A model generated the notes under the pieces. It was not told where the DNA came from. It was given only the letters and a program-made list of their open reading frames with translations, and did no database searches. A stretch of DNA of 63,918 bases, filler included, from Trichomonas gallinae (Eukaryota): NCBI GenBank assembly GCA_008369845.1. It is 6 parts of 6 records of this genome, joined end to end, with 100 filler letters (N's around TTAATTAATTAA, not from the genome) between each part and the next. Parts side by side here need not be neighbours in the genome. Positions count along the whole stretch, not along the records: positions 23,869 to 50,708 come from MRSU01001391.1; 5 more parts are not named here. One strand, given 5' to 3'. The position numbers and the translations under genes were made by a program. Positions 23,982 through 34,390 of this stretch are shown piece after piece (the stretch's first letter is position 1; every line of letters begins with the position of its first letter).

Positions 23982-24541
23982 GATAAATAGAAATGATTTG
24001 TTTCAATTCTTTTACGGTTGAGAACTATCAAGCATTGAAAAAAAAAAAAAAATTAAGAAGACGATGAATCACTGTCCTTGATCGGTCTAATAATTTTTAT
24101 TCATTTCTTTGTGTTTTTATTATGCATGGATGCCATTGGCATGTTTTGCGCTGACTAATTGAATTTATATCATTTCGTTAGAAATTTTTTTGTGTAATAA
24201 TATAAATGACTGGTTTTGTTCGTACCTTAAAACACTCAATCGTATTTTATGTTATATTTCATATGTATGTATCAGAAATGAATAAAATACAAAACAAATT
24301 TTAATATTAAACACAGCGAACCAAATTTCTATGAATATTATAGTTTTATATGAAAAATGTATTCTATTCCACAAATTAAATCATTATAATATGAAAAAAT
24401 TATATTTTGAAAATATAAAACATAAATAATATACAATTATATGGTAAAAAGTGAAAATATATTGATATAGATTATTAATATAGATGATGTTTAAAAATCT
24501 ATCAAAATCATTTTTAATATATCACATACAAATAAAAAAAG

Positions 24542-27310
24542 TTATTGACTTGTGAGTGAAGCAATCTCAACCAGCAAGTTAGGTGGACAGAACTTCGACA
24601 AATCGACATCTTCTGACATTCCTTTCTTCCTTCTTGTCTTCAAAACGAATTCTCTTCCTAGGAATGATACTGGCGCCGGTCTCAATGGCATCAAAGAAAC
24701 AGAGTTGTCGAGTGGATTAGATTCAACTAGTTTCCAGTCCTCGAACCAATATAAGACGTACGCGTTTCCATTCGTTCTGGCTCTTATATCAGTCTCCATG
24801 CCGAACATATCTATCAACGGAACTAATGCTCTGATGATTATATAAGGAGTTCCATCCAAAATCTCAGGCTTTGATAATATTTTTCCTCTGCGCTTTTCAA
24901 CGATTGTCTCTGCGACTTCTTTTTCAGCTTCGCCGCTAACAAAGATTTCAGCATTGAAATACGGCTCCATGAGTCTTGGAGTTGCAGCGAGCATTGACGC
25001 GTAGACGGCTTTTCTCAGTGCAGGGAGAACTTTGTTCATAGGAATTCTCGCGTTTTCTGGGCAGGAAAATGAGCAAAGTTTGAACAAAACTCCTCTGATT
25101 GGTTCTTCGCAGAGTGGGCCTTCATTTGATGACCATATGAAGCCGTTGACTAGGAAGGGCTTCAAGTTCTGTAAAACTGGATTCGGATCCAAAGATTCGT
25201 CAACCAAAATATTTGATCCTCTGTTTTTGTCCGGACCGAACGCGATGACGTTGTCTGCATGAAGTTCATCCCATCCATCAGCAATCAGCTTTTGGGGAGC
25301 ATTTTCGCGCAAATTTCCAGATTCGAGATCGAAAAGAACGTGAGATGTTAATGGTTCCGCTGTCAATCCTAATGAAGATGACTCATCAATAGGAATTTCG
25401 CAGATGGTTACTGACTTTTTGGCGACTGTTTCGCAGAAAGAAACGAATGGATCTGAAACTTTCACTTCAACTGGGGCAAAACTGTTTCTAACGTCGTGGA
25501 GCACGCAATCTAGGAACATTTCGCCTGTTCCTGCTATGTTTTGGCCGATTTGGAGTCCTGTGTAAACTAATTTTGCGACATTTAAAGATCTGACCATTTC
25601 TGAATGATCATTTGGATTCAATGGCTCCACAGCAACTTTCATGAGGCTTGGTGGAAGAGAAATAGAAGGAAGAGGAGCTTCCATTATTTCAGATAAAGAA
25701 CAAATATCTTCAAGTTCAGGAGTTATTGATTCTATCAGCACAATCATGCCTGGTGTTGCTTCAGGAACAGGTGTAACATAGCGTGTGTGAGAAATAAACA
25801 TTTCTCCTAAAGAAATTTCTTGAACTTTTGTTCTATCTTCAACAAAACGTTGTCCGAGTGCATAGATCTGCATGCCTGGTTCTAATTTGCCTCTAAAGAC
25901 TCTCACATATGCGCGAATTGATGTTCCTGTTGTATCTGTGCTGAATTTCGAAACTCTAGCGACAACGTTTGAATTTGTTGACGCTCTGTCAACTGGAGGT
26001 GGAAGATTCTTAGCTATTGCTGATGTTAATGATGAAAACGTGCCGAAAATCCTTGATAATGCAATTCTTAATAATGGAATCGCATTCATTCGCTTTTCTG
26101 CGGCTGTAAGCTTGATATTTAGTGTTCTACTCCAAACATCAGGTTCCTCGCTGATAACTTCGCAGATTGCTTTGTATAAAGGGCCGAGAATAAAATAATC
26201 GAAAGGATGAGGAAGGTCATCAGGGTCTATGTCTTTTGGCAGTGATTTTTCATGCCATATCTGTGTAGTATCTGGATTGACTTTGAACTTTCCCCACATT
26301 CTGTGAGAAAATTGCTCTGGCTGTTGTTTTTTCATGTACATCAGGCCAACTGAGTAGCATGTGAAGCACAGTGAATACTGGGCAGCTGTAAAAACTACAT
26401 TATTATTGGCTGGAGAAATAATTTGCGAAGAATTTTCTGATTTTAGAATAGCATTGACTTGTTCAACAATTAGGTTGATTTTCCTTTGTAGAATATCAGA
26501 TGGATACTTTGTTTCGAGTATTGCGCGATCAATTTTAGTAATTACTAAAATTATTGGAAGTTTTTGTCTAACAACACTTCTGAGCAATATTTTGCTTGTA
26601 GTTATCATTCCCTCCATTATATCAACGCAAAAAGCAACTCCATCTGCCATAGAAAGGCCACATTCGACTTGTCCAATAAAATCTGGATGTCCTGGAGTAT
26701 CGATGATATTTAACGCGAAAGACTTGCCGTCAATGTCTTGGTGCACCAAGGTGAGCACTTCTGTCGTGATAGACATTTGCCTTCTCTTTTCTATGTAGAG
26801 ACGATCTGTCCATCCGATTCTATCGAGTCTTCGGCCTTCTCCGATGATTTGGTTGGTAACATCATGCTTGGTGAGCTCTTGTTTGACTATGTTTGGATGA
26901 GTTTCTTTAAGTAAACAATCGATTAACTCAGTTTTTCCGTGGCCAAGGGAGCCAACAAATGCTACGTTCCTGATTGATAGCTCATTCTTAAGTAGATCGA
27001 CTAGGAAATCTGATGAGTACGTTGTTTCTGGAATCTGTGAAGGCGAAATATCTTGAGCAATTTTACGTTTGATTTCTGGATTTATGATTGGTTTGGTATA
27101 ATCTTCTCGATCTTCATCTTCATGTTTCACTTCTGTATATGGCTGATAGACTTCTTTTTCTGTTGGAAAAAATTTTTTATCGTCAGGAAGGACAACACTC
27201 GTCGAAAGTGGGTCTATTTGATCTCTCTGATCAACTTCGCTTTCCTCCTCCGTGTCATCATCGCCATCGCCAATAGGATTTCCGAATTCGTCATAATTTC
27301 CAAAATTCAT
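24542..27310 (-). CDS. SNU114: U5 snRNP EF-2-like GTPase Snu114/EFTUD2
   Basis: The Snu114-specific N-terminus (YDEFGNPIG...VVLPDDKKFFPT..EVY), G-motifs GSLGHGKT, DTPGH and TKIDR, EGPLCEEPIRGV, and the C-terminal REFVLKTRRKKGMSEDV. Confidence 0.96.
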   Translation of the reverse strand: MNFGNYDEFGNPIGDGDDDTEEESEVDQRDQIDPLSTSVVLPDDKKFFPTEKEVYQPYTEVKHEDEDREDYTKPIINPEIKRKIAQDISPSQIPETTYSSDFLVDLLKNELSIRNVAFVGSLGHGKTELIDCLLKETHPNIVKQELTKHDVTNQIIGEGRRLDRIGWTDRLYIEKRRQMSITTEVLTLVHQDIDGKSFALNIIDTPGHPDFIGQVECGLSMADGVAFCVDIMEGMITTSKILLRSVVRQKLPIILVITKIDRAILETKYPSDILQRKINLIVEQVNAILKSENSSQIISPANNNVVFTAAQYSLCFTCYSVGLMYMKKQQPEQFSHRMWGKFKVNPDTTQIWHEKSLPKDIDPDDLPHPFDYFILGPLYKAICEVISEEPDVWSRTLNIKLTAAEKRMNAIPLLRIALSRIFGTFSSLTSAIAKNLPPPVDRASTNSNVVARVSKFSTDTTGTSIRAYVRVFRGKLEPGMQIYALGQRFVEDRTKVQEISLGEMFISHTRYVTPVPEATPGMIVLIESITPELEDICSLSEIMEAPLPSISLPPSLMKVAVEPLNPNDHSEMVRSLNVAKLVYTGLQIGQNIAGTGEMFLDCVLHDVRNSFAPVEVKVSDPFVSFCETVAKKSVTICEIPIDESSSLGLTAEPLTSHVLFDLESGNLRENAPQKLIADGWDELHADNVIAFGPDKNRGSNILVDESLDPNPVLQNLKPFLVNGFIWSSNEGPLCEEPIRGVLFKLCSFSCPENARIPMNKVLPALRKAVYASMLAATPRLMEPYFNAEIFVSGEAEKEVAETIVEKRRGKILSKPEILDGTPYIIIRALVPLIDMFGMETDIRARTNGNAYVLYWFEDWKLVESNPLDNSVSLMPLRPAPVSFLGREFVLKTRRKKGMSEDVDLSKFCPPNLLVEIASLTSQ

Positions 27311-27459
27311 GAGTCAAATTTGATTATGTAAAGTCAGAAATATTTGTAAATTGTCGAAAATGATGAGAAATGTCAAATTTTATAAAGGTGACGAAAATTG
27401 TTAGACGTCAAAAATCATGAGTCAAATTTGATTATGTAAAGTCAGAAATATTTGTAAAT
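27307..27459. repeat. Exact 45-bp direct repeat spanning the SNU114 start codon and proximal promoter
   Basis: 27307-27351 equals 27415-27459 (TCATGAGTCAAATTTGATTATGTAAAGTCAGAAATATTTGTAAAT). Confidence 0.9.
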
Positions 27460-27736
27460 CGTCAAAATAGTATAAATTGAATAATTTGATTTTGTAAATA
27501 AAGGAATATTTATTATAAGAATCTCATAATTTGTAATATACATATATATATACAGATATGAATTTATCCTTAATCATGAAAAAATAAGTCTATCGCCACA
27601 TGTTATGTATAGGAAAGAAGGATAGAGTTTAACTGTTGTTCTGGACTGATTAGTTTAGAGTTTAAAATTGTAAAAATAGAGAATTAAAATAGCTATATAT
27701 TTATAAAACACATACAGAGGGGAAATATTAATTAAA

Positions 27737-28912
27737 TTAAGCTCGCTTTTCATCTTCTTCAACTGCTTCTGTCAGCTTGTTGATAAGTGCCTGCAATGCC
27801 GAAGGCTGGTTTTCCTCCGGTGGATGAGCTTTCAGTGCATCCAAAACAATTGGGCCAGTTGATGTGATTAGTTTCATTATCGCGTTCATATCACTTGACG
27901 AGTGCTTCTTTTGCTGCTCAACTGCTGATGTCCTTTCAACCAAGAAGTCCAATCTCTTCTGCAGGGAGCTGTTCTCTTTCTCTACATCTTCGCACTGTTT
28001 CTGGAGTTTCTCTATTGTTTGCGCGCTGACTGTTTCTATTTCCGCGCGCTGTTTTGCGTATGAAACTTCGTTGTCAGCAATCTGCTGCTTCAAGTTCTCC
28101 ATCTTTCTCTTGTAGCCTGCGACATCTTTCTCGAGCATCTTCTTTCTCTCTTCTATTAATATATTTTCGCGTTTTAAGTCGTCGATTTTTCTGATTAATT
28201 CTGTATTTGAATTCAAAATGTCTTTACTCTTGAGCTGGTTCTTCTTTAGCTGCTCTGTGACTTGCTGGCTGTCTTGAATGCATCGGATTGCAGCAGCTTC
28301 GAGACATTCATCCTTCATATGAACTGCTGCTTGCTCTGCTGCTTTCACTCTTCGTCTGTTTTCTTCTTCAAACTGCTTCTTCTCGCGAGAAAGCTGCTGG
28401 TTGAGCTGTTCCATTTTTTCCTGATGTAATTGACGCTGGTCAACCAGGTTTTGATCCAATTGACGAAGTTTTTCTTCCATTTGGGCCCTTTGGCTTTGGA
28501 ATTCACGTAGAGATTCCAATTCTGTCTGGTACATCAATAATTCGGATTTTAATAATGATTCTTGCTCTGCGTGTTCTGTTCTTTTCTGTTGTAATTGTTG
28601 TGCATATTTAGAAATTGTTGCTTCTAAGTTTGCTTTCGCTGTATCAATTTTCTTATTTAAAATTGCTTGTTCTTGGCTTGCGTTTTCTACTTCTTTTTCG
28701 AGAATCCTAATCTCATCGTCAAGGTCCTTTGTTTGTTCTTGTAATTTTTCGCCTAATTTTCTTAATCTCGATCTTGATCTTGCTGATTCAACAGCAGCTT
28801 CTTCGCTAGCTTGTCTTGCCGAATGTATTTCGCCTTCAATATAACTGCTCTTGAGCTTTAAACGTTCTAGCTCTTGTGCTGTCGTTAATTTTTCTTCTTT
28901 TGCTGTAGTCAT
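27737..28912 (-). CDS. Coiled-coil protein, possibly BBOF1/CFAP157-like flagellar or basal-body protein
   Basis: Full-length heptad pattern. ELESLREFQSQRAQMEEKL...HQEKMEQLNQQLSREKKQFEEE resembles the BBOF1/CFAP157 core. Confidence 0.6.
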   Translation of the reverse strand: MTTAKEEKLTTAQELERLKLKSSYIEGEIHSARQASEEAAVESARSRSRLRKLGEKLQEQTKDLDDEIRILEKEVENASQEQAILNKKIDTAKANLEATISKYAQQLQQKRTEHAEQESLLKSELLMYQTELESLREFQSQRAQMEEKLRQLDQNLVDQRQLHQEKMEQLNQQLSREKKQFEEENRRRVKAAEQAAVHMKDECLEAAAIRCIQDSQQVTEQLKKNQLKSKDILNSNTELIRKIDDLKRENILIEERKKMLEKDVAGYKRKMENLKQQIADNEVSYAKQRAEIETVSAQTIEKLQKQCEDVEKENSSLQKRLDFLVERTSAVEQQKKHSSSDMNAIMKLITSTGPIVLDALKAHPPEENQPSALQALINKLTEAVEEDEKRA

Positions 28913-29427
28913 TTAAAATTCGTTAAAATCCAAAAAGTGACATGCCAAAATTGACAATTTTCATTTGTCAGTTTTTAATGAAAGCTGGTCTTACGTGCAT
29001 TGTCTAATGAAACAGTGGTACTGTACCTATATATGGAGATTGAGCCAAACTGATAGGCTTTTTGGAAGTTTCATCACTTTTTTTGTATATTTTAGATTTC
29101 AAAATGGGTGTTCAATATCATATATCGAATTTGCGATTTAAAACTCAAAAATAACGAAATATTTAGCATAGAGTTTGCACAAAAAGCTGTAAACGCAAGG
29201 TCTTTGTGCAAACGATTGAATTAAAGATAAACACAATAGAAACTGAATGAAATGGCGATTCTAAACTAGTGTTGATTGATTCATAATTCGAAACAATGTT
29301 TTGACTTGATTAAAAATCATCATTTGTAAAAGATTCGCATTTTTACTAACAAATAAATTTTAATTTACTAAATAATATAAATACTAACATATATATAATA
29401 TAAAATATCAAGGTCTAAATATAAAAA

Positions 29428-32400
29428 TTAACTTTCGGTTGCGTCTTGATTTTCGATATTTTGTTGCTGATTTCCTTCCTTTTCTGCATCTTCAGACTCG
29501 CTTCTCTCAGACTCATATTCTTCTCCATCATCAAAAGAAGAACGATCTGAATCAGATGATGAACCAGAATCAGTTTCATTATCTTTCTCATCGTCAACTT
29601 CGTTTTGATTAATAATTTCGTTTTCTTCTGATTTGTTGGCAATATTTTGAATGGAGATATTTTCGTGTATGGGGGTTTGTGGAGGTTTTGGAATAATCCT
29701 TGCCAATGGTACAAAAGGCGGCAGTTTATTTGGTTGTGTCAGTTGTGTGATAATATCAGGACGAGGAATTTCGCTCAGTGGCTTTTGTTGCCCGTCGACA
29801 TCTAAAGTGCTGATCAGTTGTGGGTCAGGAATCAGTCCATGGCATTGGTCAGGTGCGAAAGATGGGAAAACCACACTCTTGAGTGTCCTATATGCTCGAT
29901 TAACGTCAAAGTTATTGTTCTTGAGAGCAATCAATGACATCACTTCGCTGTATCCCATGTTCATGAGATGCGAAACTCTCGCGATGAGATCAAAAGGTTT
30001 TCCATCATCGGCTTCGACTTCTTTCAGGTTTCCGATGGATTCCGTTCTTTGTGCTGCTTTGAATTCCGCCGACATTGTGGCCTTTCGAGTAGGAAGAGGA
30101 ATGGTTGTCACTGCCGCTCTTGGCCTGCTTGATTCCTTCTTTTGTGGTTGTCGATGGGCTTCGAATGTCGCAACCATTGGCGGCAGATATGTTGGAATGT
30201 CTTCCGAATTGAATTTAGAGTTTTCTATGTCAGGACAAGATTTGAAATAATCCGCGAACTCTTTCAAGACTGATGTCGTTTTGAGATTGTCAAGAATCTT
30301 GAATTTCTTCGAGCCTATTTGATATCTGTCTTTCGTTTTCAACAGATCAGCGATCTTTGACCTGATGACGCCTTCGAAGTGCTTTTCTAAAATAAACCTT
30401 GTCTCGTAGTAGCTCCATGTTTGCGCTTTGTTTTTGGGAGAAAGTTCCCTCAGCAACCAGTCCAAAAGATATATCAAATAACCTTTTGTAAACTCTGGGT
30501 ATTTGATGGATAAATCATCTTCATCTCCATCTGCATCGTAAAAATCTCTTATGACATTTAATATGTCTGGGACTTTTGCTGGGAGCGGTTTTAATTCTTT
30601 CACCGATTCATCTAAGTTTTCTTGCTGTACTGGAAGAGGAATGGGTTCATCTTCTCTTCTCCTTCTTAACACAGCTACTTTCAACCCACTACTTCCAGAA
30701 GAAATTACTTGTGTTGGCGGTGCTTGTGTTTCTTTTCTCGGCCGAATTTCATTGCGTATTTTCAGTTTGTTGATCTCGTATTCTTTCTTCTCTTGTTCAA
30801 TGATATCAAGGATATACTGTGGAGGTGTGATATTTTGATATTTGCCTTCTTTAATCATATTCAAGATTGTCCTGAATCTCTTCATTATAGAGTTATGCGA
30901 TCTGCTTGGAAATGCTTCTTGAATTTGCTTCCATATTCCTTTGCTGCCGCGAGTCTCTGCATATTTATTGAGCAGAGCCATATCTTCGTCAAATGTCCAA
31001 TTCCTCTTTCCTAAGCTTATCGCTTCTTCGACTTCTTCGTGTTTTGATGTTGTATCATAAAACTTGAAAATGTCTTTGAAGTATATCGGCAAACCGTCAA
31101 TGTCGATTTCTTGGTCATCGAGATTTATTTGAGGGTTTTTCTCTAATTCTTCTGCTGTTTTCTTGAGATATACATCCATATTTTTGATTTTGTCAATAGC
31201 TGATGATATTTTATCACTGCATTGTTCAGCTGATCTGTTCTGTAGTGCATTGGATATATCTCCGTAAGAATAATCTTCAAAATGCATTTCACATAATAAT
31301 CTTTCTTCACTCCTCTCCCATGTTGAGTTGGTCCTTCTGTATGAATTTGCTGCTATATACAAAACAAAGAATAAATAACCTTTCATGTAGTCTGGGAAAT
31401 CTTTTGACACTTTTGTCATATCACCATTGTTGTCAAAATATTTTTTGACTAAAAGTGCAAAATTGACTGCTTTACATGGCAAATCTTGTGACTTGAACTG
31501 CGGCTTCTTTAAAACAGGAGCTAAAGACTCAGGTATAACTAAATCTGATCTCAGGCCTCTTTTTATGTCCTCGCTGATTGCTTTCCACCTTGCTGATATT
31601 TGCTGCGATGATTTCTTTTGGAAATTAGATCCGATTTTCACCCATTTGTCTCTGAAGTTGCCAAATTCAGCGAAGGCATCTAATAGAATCTGGTCGTCTT
31701 TAGGCGTCCACAATTGAACTGGAGCTGGTTCTTCTATAATCTTAACTTGTGTTTTTCTTTCTCTTAATGTCATTCCAATTAATGGCTTTTTGGATTCTAC
31801 ATCTGTATTTTCCACCATTTGTTGCTTTAGTTGTGCATTTAACAATAAATTTTTCTTTGTTAAAAGAAATTCGTTGAGCATCGGTTCTAAATAAGAAGGC
31901 AAGTCATCTTGTACATAAGTAGCGCCTGTGAGGTCGACTTGATCGCCCATTGCTGTCTGGAAGACAATTAAATGTTTTGTGCTCTGTAAATCCTTTAATA
32001 TTCGCATTCTTTTATCATGCACGTTTCTTTCTGCCCTCCCAGGAAAAGCTTTTGACAGTTCTGCGTCCGTATAACCTTTTGAATGTAATTCTAATAATAA
32101 TCTCACGTCGCTCCTCGGCCAAGTATTCGCTCCTTTGCTCATATTGAGTTTGACTTTGATGCAGTTTAACAGATATAATAAGTAGCCTTTCGAAAACTCG
32201 GGAAAAACCTGTCCAACGAGATTTATGTTGCATTGATAATCGTAATATGCCTTAATCAGCTTCAGTGCATCAATAACATTCTCGGGAAGAGGTGGAATCG
32301 ATGTATCGAGTGGGCCTTTGGGAGGAATAGGTCTGGCGTTTGGAGCAAGCGCCGCAACGTTTAATGCTGGAATAGGAGTAATTATTCCCGATTGAATTGA

Positions 32401-33627
32401 AATCATTGGTTGTGGAGGTGTTTTATCTTCTATTTTGACTGGATTTAACAAGCTTGTGTCCACTTTTTCTTGGTTAATTTCGGAATTAATTGAATTTTCT
32501 TCTGTTTTGACTATATTTGGTGGATTTTGATCTGCCTGTACTGTTTTTTCATTTGTTTTGACTATATTAACTTCTGAAGTCTGATTTCCTTGCATATTTT
32601 TTTCTATATTTTGATTTGCCTTATTTTGCATTTCATTTATTGCAGTTTGTATTATTTCTTGTGCTTTAATTGCTTTTGCTTGTGCTCGATCGCTTCTCAC
32701 AAGTTTTAGCTTTTTTACATTTTTTTCTGATTCATTTGCTGTGTTATTTTGATCATTGGCTTGATTTTTCTGATTAATTTGTTGTCTTAAGTATTTAACC
32801 CTTTCCTGTATTTCAGATTTCGAACGATTCGGCATTTGTTTTGAAATTGCTTCCCATTTGTTTTTAATTGTGCTAAACTGCTCATAGAGCTGCATTAACA
32901 GCGTATCTTCATTAGGAAACCACGCAATTTTCGCTTGTGATAATTCTTGTTTTTTCTTTTGTCTAGACTTCTTAACAGTTGTATCTATGACTATAATTTT
33001 CTTATCTTCTGTGTTTATTTGCTGTCCACCAATGTATAGATTGTTAGATTCGTCTGAAACAGCAATTTGCGTTGGATTCTGCGCAGAAGACAAATTTTGA
33101 TTTCTTCTAGTAGTCATAGTCGTGCCATGAATGCGTTGCTGTTGAGTTTTCGGAGGGTTTTCGATTTTCTTTTTATTTGTTAAATTCGGAATTTCTATTT
33201 TTTGGCGTAAAAGCGACGTGGCGAATTCATAATTGTAGTTGCTGGACTCGAGGGCTTTCAAGACTAAAGGAGTTGGATAACCCATATTGACTAATGTGTC
33301 CACCATGATTTGCTGCTGTGAATCTAGCTGTTCTTTCTGTATTTTCGGCTCGTTGTTAGTTGCATTTAGGTCCACGATGCATCTGAATTGATTTTCGACT
33401 TGAATTGCAGTAGGATCGATGACTTCATTATCTGGAACTTCCTTTCCATAGTTACACAAGCGAAGACAAGAGAATGAGATGCGATAATTATCTGCAATCA
33501 TGCCTTTCAGATCGCTCGCAGTAGTGCACCGATCGCTATTGTATTCGAAAATGGCATTAATCGGTACTCCTACTTCGATCTTCAGCATTCTGTCACTTTT
33601 TGTAAATTTATTTTTCTTTCTTTTCAT
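29428..33627 (-). CDS. Multi-Myb/SANT protein with an N-terminal UBL-like domain and two UBA domains (1399 aa)
   Basis: Myb repeats (WFPNEDTLL, WTPKDDQIL, WTFDEDMAL). UBA motifs LVNMGYPTPLVLKALESSNYN and LMNMGYSEVMSLIALKNNNFDVNRA. UBL-like TASDLKGMIA...LRLCNYGKEVPD. Confidence 0.85.
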   Translation of the reverse strand: MKRKKNKFTKSDRMLKIEVGVPINAIFEYNSDRCTTASDLKGMIADNYRISFSCLRLCNYGKEVPDNEVIDPTAIQVENQFRCIVDLNATNNEPKIQKEQLDSQQQIMVDTLVNMGYPTPLVLKALESSNYNYEFATSLLRQKIEIPNLTNKKKIENPPKTQQQRIHGTTMTTRRNQNLSSAQNPTQIAVSDESNNLYIGGQQINTEDKKIIVIDTTVKKSRQKKKQELSQAKIAWFPNEDTLLMQLYEQFSTIKNKWEAISKQMPNRSKSEIQERVKYLRQQINQKNQANDQNNTANESEKNVKKLKLVRSDRAQAKAIKAQEIIQTAINEMQNKANQNIEKNMQGNQTSEVNIVKTNEKTVQADQNPPNIVKTEENSINSEINQEKVDTSLLNPVKIEDKTPPQPMISIQSGIITPIPALNVAALAPNARPIPPKGPLDTSIPPLPENVIDALKLIKAYYDYQCNINLVGQVFPEFSKGYLLYLLNCIKVKLNMSKGANTWPRSDVRLLLELHSKGYTDAELSKAFPGRAERNVHDKRMRILKDLQSTKHLIVFQTAMGDQVDLTGATYVQDDLPSYLEPMLNEFLLTKKNLLLNAQLKQQMVENTDVESKKPLIGMTLRERKTQVKIIEEPAPVQLWTPKDDQILLDAFAEFGNFRDKWVKIGSNFQKKSSQQISARWKAISEDIKRGLRSDLVIPESLAPVLKKPQFKSQDLPCKAVNFALLVKKYFDNNGDMTKVSKDFPDYMKGYLFFVLYIAANSYRRTNSTWERSEERLLCEMHFEDYSYGDISNALQNRSAEQCSDKISSAIDKIKNMDVYLKKTAEELEKNPQINLDDQEIDIDGLPIYFKDIFKFYDTTSKHEEVEEAISLGKRNWTFDEDMALLNKYAETRGSKGIWKQIQEAFPSRSHNSIMKRFRTILNMIKEGKYQNITPPQYILDIIEQEKKEYEINKLKIRNEIRPRKETQAPPTQVISSGSSGLKVAVLRRRREDEPIPLPVQQENLDESVKELKPLPAKVPDILNVIRDFYDADGDEDDLSIKYPEFTKGYLIYLLDWLLRELSPKNKAQTWSYYETRFILEKHFEGVIRSKIADLLKTKDRYQIGSKKFKILDNLKTTSVLKEFADYFKSCPDIENSKFNSEDIPTYLPPMVATFEAHRQPQKKESSRPRAAVTTIPLPTRKATMSAEFKAAQRTESIGNLKEVEADDGKPFDLIARVSHLMNMGYSEVMSLIALKNNNFDVNRAYRTLKSVVFPSFAPDQCHGLIPDPQLISTLDVDGQQKPLSEIPRPDIITQLTQPNKLPPFVPLARIIPKPPQTPIHENISIQNIANKSEENEIINQNEVDDEKDNETDSGSSSDSDRSSFDDGEEYESERSESEDAEKEGNQQQNIENQDATES

Positions 33628-34390
33628 TTATATTAGCCTACACCATATTTTACAATAGAAAATGATGAAATTTTTGATTTTGAAATTTGTTATGATATTT
33701 TTTGGAAAATATCATAATAATATAATATACAAACCCCAAAAATCATGAAATTTTTCGATTTCTTTTTTGTTGATTTTTTTATTAATTTTGTAGAGGTTTT
33801 GCCTTTAATGAATGAAAGTTCATTCTTCATGACATGATAAGCAGTGTAAAGTGGTGCATCGTTATTTGGTTGAATCGCTGAATAAAGCGAAATTCACTTT
33901 TGTGGTAGACAAACTTTTAAAAAACAAACTGCCTTCATATTTGGCTGCAGCGTTAACACTATTCACTATTATCAACACATATACCTGCCTATATAGAATT
34001 ATTTCATTATAGAAATTCATCTTTTTTGATGATTTTTCATTATCAAATTGTTGGATTTTTAAATCTTATGCAGTGATATAGATTATTTAAAGTGGAACAA
34101 ACGCATATCATTATGCATTATTTATCTTTCTATATATTATGATTTAAATACGAATAAATCTGAAAAAATACGCAAAATATATAAATCATAAAATTCATCA
34201 TTAATAATATATTCCATTATAATCACTATCTGATATATTAGTCATTGAATGATGTAAATTTATCTAAATCCAAAATATTTTATGTATATAAAATATTTTA
34301 ATTAATGCGAACAATTCGTTTAAAATATTATTTTTGTATGTGCGTATATATCATATGTTAAGCCGAGTTAGTTAAAACAAACATATATCT

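Noticed and set aside
29340..29400. ACTAAC motifs resembling the trichomonad intron branch site
   Set aside because: They are intergenic, with no adjacent CAG acceptor and no interrupted reading frame.
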